DNA of 64,000 nucleotides from Cenococcum geophilum (lineage: Eukaryota), in the NCBI GenBank assembly GCA_050273025.1, contig CP158635.1:23870001-23934000 (forward strand), written 5' to 3'. The translations under genes and the position numbers were made by a program. The notes under the pieces are model-generated. The model made no database searches. It was given only the letters and a program-made list of their open reading frames with translations, and was not told the origin of the DNA. Shown here piece after piece: positions 51,101-61,101 of the stretch. Each line of letters starts with the position of its first letter. Position 1 is the stretch's first letter.

Positions 51101-54100
51101 CACCAGCATACCTGTTCGCTAGCTTTTCGGATGGCAATGAACCAGCTTTTTGCCAGGTTATTTCCCCTTCTGTAGTGTGGAAAGATAATGCATACCTTCA
51201 TCCAACAAACATACGTTGACATGAATACCTTGTCTTAGCAACGTCGCCTGAATTCGATTATGTGTGGCAGCGGTGAGTATGGTTTGAAGTAAATTCTGGT
51301 GCGTCAAATTCTTGATACCACAATGCTTTGCTATCATCTCAACAAGTTCAAAAGATGGGCACTCAACTGTGATACAGTCCTCAGTCAAGAATAGGTTCAG
51401 CGAATCATTCGTGGCCGACGAGGCTACTTCCGCTTTTCCAGGAAAACCAGCTACATCGGTTTTGCGGAATTTGAGGGTGTGGGTTTGAATGATATGGTCT
51501 GCGACACTAGCACGGATGTTTTCTATCTGCTGGATTACCCGATCTCTTTCCGGATGCGCTTTGGGAATCAAGCTGCGAGGTTTATGGACAATTAGCTACT
51601 AGATTATGCGGCTAAATGGAGTGGAGAGATGACTCACGCCTTGATAAACTCTCTGCGTTCCCAAAGAAACATTGTGTACGATTTATGTACACTGATGAGG
51701 CCCTGAGGCGTAGTGTTACTCTTTACTAGTCTGGAAAGCATGCGGGAGTCTGCTTTGAGATGCTCAAGTAGATTCTCCATTGAACTCAGTTCTTCAACTG
51801 TGAAAGCTAGTAGTGGAGCTTTACCCTGGAAGCTATCCTTCAGGTGGTCCCGGTCGGCAATTAGCCAATCGATGTCATCGCCAAATGGCGCCAGGTAATC
51901 GAATAAACCTTGCTTCTTGCCTGTTGATATTGGGAAGATAGGTTTAGTGGCAAGCCACTTAAGAGTGTCAGCTACCTCCTTGGGATGGGCTTGCTTAAAA
52001 GCATTGCTTAGATCGCGAAAGACCCTTATAATTTCTGATAGCGGGGTGGATTTGTTGATGAGCCTCGCTTTTTTGATGATAGAAGCGAGTTCCCCGTCAC
52101 CAGTCGCTAACAGACAGCGGAAGAGATGTCCACAACTCAGATACTCGGATGCGGGTTTAACCTTCTCCGCTATGCACTCTTGGACCGTATACCAACGGAG
52201 GGACTTCGTGTATTTCGGTGGTCCTGACGACGCGCAAATTAGCTTCCTTTTACCAAAAGCGTCCCTGTATCCTGTTAGCAATATACGTGACAATGGTCGG
52301 AAGTAGATTCGGCATTTTACCTTATGGTTAGCTCTTCGCCGATATAGTAATTCTGGATTTGCTGGTAGATGTGAGTGAGAAGTTCCTTTCGAGGATTCGA
52401 GTTATGTAAGGCCTCCAAACAAGACACGTAGTACTGGGCGCTTCTATTTACTGCGACTCCAAAATAGCTCAAGAAACCCCAGCGCGGACTTTTAGCATCT
52501 TTTACATCTAGAAATGGGAAGCAGTCGCGGTCCTGCAAGAAATGATCAAGCATTGGAAGAACGGTCTTTGACAATGGGACTAGACCGTTCCGGCACTTGA
52601 CCTTTTGGGACTTGAGTTCTTCCAAGATCAAATGGTTCGAAACAACTTGAGTGGGCGATTGTGGAGAAGAGTTGTTGTTCTCGATCCATTTTGAATAGTG
52701 AGCCCAATTTTCTCTCAAGACCCAGAGAATATCGGACGACTGGCAATTGGCCAAAAGGTATCGGAACTCCTCGGACAAAGACGGGGTCCCTTCTTCCTGC
52801 CCATCCAGCAGCGGCGTAGCGAGACGAGGAATTGTTGAGATGTGGAATGCTGTTGTTAACCAAACGAACCAGCCTTTGTCGTTCGGAAAGGACTTGAGAT
52901 AGTCAGTGTGTACAAAGGGAAACCTTGTTTCGAGTTGAGTGGAAATCCTGGCGAGAGGGGAACCGTTCCCGCGCTCGGCATGAATGTACACACTAGATCC
53001 AAGGCTTCGCCCCCCTCCCTTTGTCACGAACCAAAGCTCTGCACTTCTTAGTGGTCGCCAAGATGCTTGGTATAGAAACTTTGCGTGTGAAACTAAATAA
53101 GGCTCAGGGATCGCTTTAGGATTGAAAGATTCCCCCCCATGCATCTCGACTATCAAACGGCATATTTCGGTCGCATCACAATCTCTGACACCAAGTTGTT
53201 TGAACAGATCGTGCCGGTGGACATTATTCCCCGCCACTGGATCAACGGCGAGAACTGGAATTCCCTTGGGAATATTGAGAGATTGGGTATTCTCGGAAAA
53301 GAATATGGCTGCCCCTTTGGCTGCTACCCATTGGCCTTCTCGCAGCGGGATGATTGGCATCTTATGTATGAGGGGTTTAAGGTCGATCTTTAGCACCAGG
53401 GGAAGCATCGCTGTTGCAAGCTGCGCATGCCATTCTGCTGATTTCGCCTGAAAAGTACTTGGCTCGCTGGCAATCATTGAGTTCAAGTCGTCCAAAAATT
53501 TCTTAGCGGTAAGTTGAGTAACGCCGAGCTGATATATAGCATTGATCTCCCAGTTGGGATACTTCCCGGATAGATAACGAAATGCAGTAGTGGAATTAAG
53601 AATGAAAGGAGTGCCCCGGTCATCTAGAAAGTCTCGTGGTACGTACGCCAATGAACATGGCTCGACCAAGGTTTGCTTCCAGCATTCAAGCACAGGTTTC
53701 TGACGGAGCTGATCAATTATGTTATTTTGGACAGGTCCAAAGAACGATGATACCACACCCATGGGGACATAGTGAGGCCAGTTGTATCGTAAAGGTCCGG
53801 AATTGAAATTATCGATGGCCTCCAGGAAAGCATTCACTGACGCGTCGCGTAATGTGCAATTCCATTGACAAGACTTGTCAATATCTTCCCGATTAGCGGT
53901 AAGAAGAAAATCGCCTTGGACGAGGAACTAGTCGTATTAATATTGATGGTACACTGCAAAAACTATACGCACATACTTGAAAGCCGTAGTCTCGGATGGG
54001 TAAGAACGCGTAGACGCTCTGAGGGGTATTTTCGGGTTCACTAGTTAGGTCAGGGATGGGAAAAGCAAGTAGTACCTCAGTCTGTAAGCAACCTGGGCGT

Positions 54101-55071
54101 TTTGCTTCCAGTACAGTAGGATTCACAACGTGCTTCCTGACAAAATACTGCTTGGTCGACTGCCCTTGACTCAACTCTGTGATTAGATTGCCTGTTTCCA
54201 ATCTATCGGCCCTCGAAAGTTGTGATGACCAAATCTTCCCATTCCCTTGCGATACTTTCAAATTGATTTCTCTGATCCTCCTTAGAAAAATTAAAAGTAT
54301 GGAATCGAAGGAAAGGATCTCTTGAACGAGCTCATCTTCGTTGTAGTCCTCAGCAAGCTGCAAATAGAAGGAAGTGTACCCTAGGATAGTGGCTTCAGGA
54401 AATTCGGCCCACACAGGAGCTGTCGAACGGACCACCCTATGTCTCACTACCCCGCTAATGTCTTACAAACCTGTTTCTATAACCTAGTCATTACGTACTA
54501 CCTCATGTATATATAGTCTCTTTTCTTCGTAGATCAATCTACACACGAGTCCTCCTTTCCTAATCCTATTCTACGTTCAACAGGAGCTATCATACCAAGC
54601 TCCGCTCTCCGGTCAAATTTAAACGTGTATTCACGGGAAGTTATCCACACAGCGTCGGCAACCTTAAAAACAGACTTAAAACCGATGCCCTTCTCCCCAA
54701 TGTATCGAGTGGAGTGGTCTAGTCCAGCCTTGGTGCTCACTCCGATGCTACAGATGGCTTCGACGTTTTGAGCTCTGAAGCCAACCTCGTTGCAATCTAC
54801 GCGAAGACTGCCTAGTTTATACGTAAAATTCAGAGTTGGAGTGAGACAATTGTAAGCATTATCATCGGCATTTTGGAGCAGTTCAAGGAGGAAACGTGTT
54901 GATTTGTCGTAGAGTTGTGTGGATATACTGTATAAGTGTAAGCAGAAATTGATAAATTTCTGCAGATCCATAAACATACACCTCAAGAGCATTCCGAGTT
55001 ACTGAAACAACGCCTTTGTGCCGAATAGTTTCGATCAACTTTCGCGCCTCTTGCGGAAGGCTCATCCTCAA
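48109..55071 (-). pseudogene. Sacsin/NO VEIN-like GHKL ATPase - degenerate nuclease-like module - HET-6-type HET fusion (8 exons, about 2,100 aa), interrupted by a solo LTR in exon 2
   Basis: GHKL motifs LLELLQNADDN, CNEVGF, ICSIGVSTK, IGEKGIGFKSVFKVAD. Sacsin-like VYAFLPIRDYGFQ|FLVQGDFLLTANREDID. Middle GELM|...HWTS...YHFEVAVTTG. C-terminal HET motifs YQALSYVWG, LWVDAICINQND..EK..Q, PWFRRIWVIQEVVLA, GLVGECYIHGLMNGE. GT-AG introns link the ORF-track pieces. Confidence 0.85.
54421..54582. mobile_element. Solo LTR (162 bp) inserted in a coding exon
   Basis: TGTCGAACG...CGTTCAACA inverted termini; TSD GGAGC at 54416-54420 and 54583-54587. Removal restores LGMIAPVWAEFP. Confidence 0.92.
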
Positions 55072-55410
55072 ATCTTAGCGGTGGCCGTGACTAAAAATGG
55101 GCATAAATCCTTTTGGGATGGCTATTGGTTATAATTTCTCTGGGAGTATTTGATATAGGAAGGAAAGTTGAGAAAGGATTGCAGGGGGAGCCACGTTAGC
55201 TGTTGGAGCGATGGATATTGTCTTCTAATTGGTGAGGGTAGGGCTTAGTAAGCTGTGGCGTGAGTTAGTTATTGTTATTTGTTAGAGACGGCGGAGAAGG
55301 TGACTAAAAATTTGTTGGAGTCGTACAGTTCGAGTTCGGGCCAGCTTGTGCACGTATCGACGGCTGAGCGCCCGCTGAGTCGCTGAGCCGCACGTGACAC
55401 TATTACGAGA

Positions 55411-55705
55411 TTTCAGCCAGGCAGGTATCAAGACAAATGACATAAGCTGGCTGGTAGGTAGAGACACAGAATTGTACGAGTGATCTGTTTTATTCAAGGT
55501 GGCTCTCGAAGATCTTTATATACACAAGGAAGATACTAGAATAGGAAAGAGGGGAGGTACAGGCAATAGAGACATCCACCAAGACATACGAAATACGAGG
55601 GTAAGCACTAGGGTAGTCTTACGTAGGGTACTAGGCATCAAAGACAATTTTAAGACGATCTAAAGCACATCCGATTTAGGCCAATAGCTACTTCAGTGGC
55701 CAACA
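55411..55705 (-). repeat. 3' LTR of Copia element
   Basis: Direct repeat of 60667-60961. Confidence 0.92.
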
Positions 55706-58700
55706 CACCCCCTCAGATCTAGCGTAGAGCGTCAGAGCTAGATTACTAGAATAGGCAGTTAGGAGAGACAAGTTAGTGGTAAGCTCCGCCAAGCGTCAAT
55801 TAACCAGATATCTAATATCGCGAAGCCCTACCACCTCGACGAACTTTTGATGATTTTGCTTTAATAGAGCCTTAGTTAGTCTATCTATAGCTATCTCGCT
55901 CGTTAGTACCCATTATACAACAAAGCTTCCGTTTTATACTTCCTGGCGAAGCTAGAACTAATAAATATCTATATGTCAGAGCTTTATAGATACTATAGGA
56001 GTCTCTTTCGTCACGATCTGTACTAACTGCTAATTATCACAATTAATAATAATGTCCTGTTCTAGATCAAATCTAATAGCTTTAAATATCCGCACTATAT
56101 ACTTAACCTCCCCACTAATATATAAGAGAGCTAGGAGTTCTGCCTCTGTAGTTAACTTAGTAACTACCTTTTATCTAATTGCCTGCTATACTATAGGCCT
56201 ATTAAATAAGCTTATTAAGAAGCCCTATAAGCTCTAATATGTTAGAGCATCGTTAGCAAAGCTGGCATTAGAAGCAGCTTTTAGAACCTAGTTTATCTCA
56301 TATAGTGTAATAGTAGAGAACTTAAGAGCGAGGTATCTAGTATTATAGAGATAGGTAAGCAATCTATTAATCTCCGCAAGATAAGCTAGTAATAGATTTT
56401 ATAAGAACTTAGCTAGTTTGCTAACTAAGAAAGTAACGTCTAGTTATGTAGTAGATGCCAGATATATCGCAGAACCTACACGGCATTAATATCCTTTTGT
56501 CTAATTCGGCGTAGCTTTTCCTTCATACAGTGTTAATTCCTGGCCCAATAGTGGTGTAGCTAATAGCTTTAGATATTCTAGATGGTATATTAAGACTAGC
56601 TTCTCAAAATACTAATCTAAATAAAGCCAGAGCTTTCCCTTTTATCAATTTTGCATAATATAAGTATTTAGGAATAACGTAAATTAAGGTATTTGGCGTA
56701 TCTCAAATCAATCTTATAGTTGCTTTAGGATGTCCTCCATCTACTATCGATAGCTCAGGTGTCCTATAATTAGGATATCATCGACGTAGAAGAATATAAA
56801 GATAGGTTTAGTAGGGTATACGTAGAGATATAGCTTATCCAGTACCGCTTTTAAACCCATACTTTAAAGAGCAGTAAACATTTCTAAAAACTATAACTTT
56901 AGAGATTTCCAAAGTCCATACATTGCCTTTCTAAAACGGAGAGATAATCTAGGCGGTAGGTCTACACCCTTAGGGGGAATAAGGTAGACCTTATTATTAA
57001 CCAAGGCATTAATAAAGGCGTTAACGGCGTTAATCTATATAACGTCTAGGTTAAAGCTAGTGATAAAAGCGCAGAGCAAATAGAAGGTCCGATAGGCTGC
57101 CGTAATAGCTTTAACCTCCTCTTATAAGACTACTTAAAGGTCTCCACAGACAACTAGACAAGCTTTAAATCTCATAATAAAACCATCCAAATCTTCCTTA
57201 TACGTAAAGACCCACATTATAAGAAGCCAATAAACCTTCTTAATTAGTTGTACCTCGTCCCAGGTATATTTTCCCATTAAGGCCTTTATCTCAGTGTAAG
57301 CAGCTACTTTAAACTCCGTAGCATACTTATAATTAAGCATCTCTTTCTAAGACCTTAGTAGTGGTAGAAAGTTATCTCGATGTCTGTACGTCTTTATAGC
57401 AGCAGTATAGAAAGCATAAGCTAATGGTGTTATATCTGGATTAATAAGGTCATTATTACCGTTATTAATTTAAACCGCAAAGGCTTATCGTTGTAAATCC
57501 TAATTTGGCATATCTTTCTTCTTTGCTATAGGCCGCTTTTCACGGCTAGAACGTCTCTTACCCCCTAACAATAAGCCTGCTGTTGTCTAAGGTTTGGAAT
57601 AAGGTATAGGATCTACAAATGGTGGTTTGGTGACTTCAGAAGATAACTAAGTAGTAGATAGTGTCTATAGCGTAAATGCCGCAGTAAATAGTAATTGCTA
57701 AGGCGCTAAAGACGCTAATAGTATAGATGGTTCTAGAGTTAGCTCCAGGGTAGGTAGCTGACGGAGTTCTTTTATTAAGATCTGAATGCTTTTTAACATA
57801 GGAGTAATATCGATACTTGTTAAATACGGCAGTCTTACATCTAGTTCTTTATTAAAGTTCTCCATCTAGTCCTTACTGCCATCTTAAAGATTATCTATTA
57901 GGTCCTAGACTTGCTAAAAACGGTCCTTTTAAGCCTATGAGATAATAAGGTATTCTAGTATTTCGGGAGATTAATATCTCTTTAACTTATTAATTTATAT
58001 ATCACGAGATCGGATAATGCGGTTGGTAGTTAGTATCTATATCCTATAGATATTTAACGCTTTTATACCAACGAGATAACCTATTTAGGCTTATGGCTCA
58101 AACTTTGCCTTTTTAGGAATGCCGTATTTAATAAATACGTAGGTTAAAGATCCGGCTATACAAAGTCCTACTAGCTATGGCTTCCGTTTATATAGCATCT
58201 TAAATGGGGTCTTCTAGTTAATAGACTAAATGGGAGTTTAATTAAGTAGGAATACTACTAGAAGTATAAATTCGGGCCATAGATCTACGGGTAACTTTAC
58301 TTTAATAATAGCAGTCCTTACTTATTTAGAAATAGCTCTCCCTAACCTCTTTATAGGTCCGTTTTAAGCTAGGGTATCTAGTATTAATTACTTAATAATA
58401 CCTCCGTTAAGCTGGATAAGGTTCTTTACCCTAACGCCTATACCTTACTCCTTATCTATATGCTAAATACGGATACCTTAAGCATTAAATTTCTTCGTAA
58501 ATGCTATTATCGATTTAAAGAGTAGAAGCAGCATCTTTTGCTTATGGTTCTTAATAGGAAAGGCATAGTAGTACTTCGTATAGTTATACCAAAAATAAGC
58601 TATACACGTGTCTTTATTAAACCCGTCTTATTCTATAATAACATTAAAGTAAATATGTTTAAAAGGGTAGCTTCCCTTTATAGATATTCTACGAGATATT

Positions 58701-60666
58701 TACTAGGTTATCTTTCCTAGAATATATAGTTTATAAAGTGGTATACCGTATAGAGTTCTTCCTCTATCCGTCTTAACTACTTTAACCCCATCTACCGCAA
58801 TTAGCAGGTAATCCACTAACTCTATATTATAGTATAGTAAGCGTTAATGCTATACTTTATTATATGCTAAGGTCTTAAAGAATCTGGTAGATATAGCGTA
58901 GGTAGTAGGAGTAGGTAGTAAACAGGCGATAGTATTAATAAGGTAAAGACCTCCATATTCTATAAGGTTAGTAAATAAACTTCCGTTATCTTTATAGCGT
59001 AGATAATTTATAAATTAGTTAATAATTATTCTAACCCTACAGAGCTTTACTATAGATATTAGATTAGTATAAAAATATAGAGCGTACGCTACGTTCCTTA
59101 ATATTAGATACCAACTTAGGCGTTGTTTTCCCACCTTAATTACTAAGTTGATATTACCGTATCCATGGATTTCTGCCCTAGAATCTCTAGCTATTACTAT
59201 AGATATGCTTAGCTTAAAGTTATAGAAGTATCTAATATCGTTACAGAAGTGGGTGTCTGCTATAGTGTCATAACCCTAGGCATTAATTAAAGAAAGATCC
59301 GGATGTTCCTGCGATAATAATAATGGGTAGAATATTGTTATAGCAGCCGCTATAGCTCAGGGCTTATCTAGATCCTTAATCTTTTTAGAAGTAGATAAAG
59401 CCAATATAGACGTCTTTAACCTAGTGCCTTCCTTCTTAATCTGCTTAACCCTTTTATTATAATACTGCTTATTTGTCGAAACCTTAAGCTATTTCTAATA
59501 CTTCCTTAAACACTCGTTATTTGGTATAAAGTTTATACCTTAAAGAGACTAAAACAGTTACTTATAATTCCTTAACTTATAGGGTAAACCATAAGCAAAG
59601 CACTTTACCTTAGGTGATTAAGAAGGTGCTAGGGTAGTAGACGTTGTAGGATCTGCAGCTGGCTGCCCTAAGAGTGTAGTATGGGCGTTACATCCCATAT
59701 TTAGATGCTTGTAGAGGAGATTAAATTCCTTAATTATTATTACCATTTTGAGCTTCTCTAACCTTTTCGCTACCTTCTAGATAAAGGTATAGTATAGAGC
59801 TGGATAGATCTCCTTATAGTCCTAAACAAAGGCTCATATAACACTGCTTTCTATTACCTCTATCAGCCCTTCCTCTAGCTCTTCGCCGTTCTGTATAATG
59901 GTAATATAAAGCTAAAGCCATAATTCTAAAGTCTGGCGTTTAGGCCCTTATTTCCATTTCCTAAGATCGTCCAATACCATCTGCTGCAATGTAGCTTAAG
60001 ATGGCTTTGCTACCTTCTTTAGCTGTCTTATAATCGAATGTGGTATAGTAAGGTTCTTAAGATACCCCAAGAAGTTGGTGCCTACTATGGTATATAAGAG
60101 TGCTGCAAACGTGTGGAGCTTCTCTTCCCGCTTTAGGTAATCTTGTTATTAGAGCTTATAGAGCTCGAAGAGCATTCTCTATGTCTCTAGAGATTGCTAA
60201 GGTTGTTATCCTTAACTTAATAACCTAGGTGGAGCTGTTCTAGTAGACGCTAGAGTTGCTGCTAGAGCTATAGGAGCTGCTGCTGGTGCTGTAGGATCTG
60301 CAGGTACTGCTGTAGGTGTTGCTGTAGGTGCTATAGGAGCTGCTGCTATCGAAGGTATGGCTAGCTCATTGTTTTCTTTAATTTCTTTCTCCATCTTATC
60401 TAGGTCAATATAGTCCTAGATCTTCACAAAACTTACTTCTCGGCAGATAAATTAAAACTATATAGGCCAGTCTTTCTAGGTTAGCAAAAGAGGGTTTGTA
60501 GAGTCCTTGGTTGCTATATTAGCTTTTATTTTAAGGTTACGTAAAGAGACGCGCTTACGCGTAAAGCACGCAATATTCCGTGACGAACTATGCTCAAAGA
60601 GGCTTAGTAGTAGTTATCTGGCCACTAAGATCTCCCTAGTGCTTAGAAGGTTACCGGGCTTATAAC

Positions 60667-60961
60667 TTTCAGCCAGGCAGGTATTAAGACAAATAACATA
60701 AGCTGGCTAGTAGGTAGAGACACAGAATTATACGAGTGATCTGTTTTATTTAAGGTGGCTCTTAAAGATCTTTATATACATGAGGAAGATGCTAGAATAG
60801 GAAAGAGGGGAGGTATAGGCAATAGAGACATCCACCAAGATATACGAAATACGAGGGTAAGCACTAGGGTAGTCTTACGTAGGGTACTAGGCATTAAAGA
60901 CAATTTTAAGACGATCTAAAGCACATCCGATTTAGGCCAATAGCTACTTCGGTGGCCAACA
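60667..60961 (-). repeat. 5' LTR of Copia element
   Basis: Direct repeat of 55411-55705, differing by C/T and G/A transitions. Confidence 0.92.
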
Positions 60962-61101
60962 CGAGATTCGCGAATATCTACGGCAGCCAAGCCGTGGATA
61001 TATTCGAATATCGTACCCCCGCTGATTAAGCCGCTGATGCGCGCGTACCATTGGCCTATTGGGTCAGCCGTGCGCCCATGTATTTACCCTATGCGGTAAG
61101 G

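Larger units (their letters stand above)
55411..60961 (-). mobile_element. Full-length Ty1/Copia retrotransposon, RIP-inactivated
   Basis: 295-bp LTRs 55411-55705 and 60667-60961, TSD CGAGA (55406-55410 and 60962-60966), PPT next to the 3' LTR, and GTTATAAGCCC after the 5' LTR. Minus-strand order: protease (GYDT.ADTHFCND about 59260), integrase, RT (WVFTYKED...RFKACLVV about 57150-57220; FFYVDDI about 56780), RNase H (TTEAELLAL about 56140). Confidence 0.93.

Noticed and set aside
45202..55400. Possible Starship or other giant-element cargo
   Set aside because: No DUF3435 tyrosine recombinase or element boundary is visible in the window; cannot be supported.
60212..60394. Ala/Pro/Thr-rich ORF
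   Set aside because: Low-complexity part of the Copia gag relic, not a separate gene.
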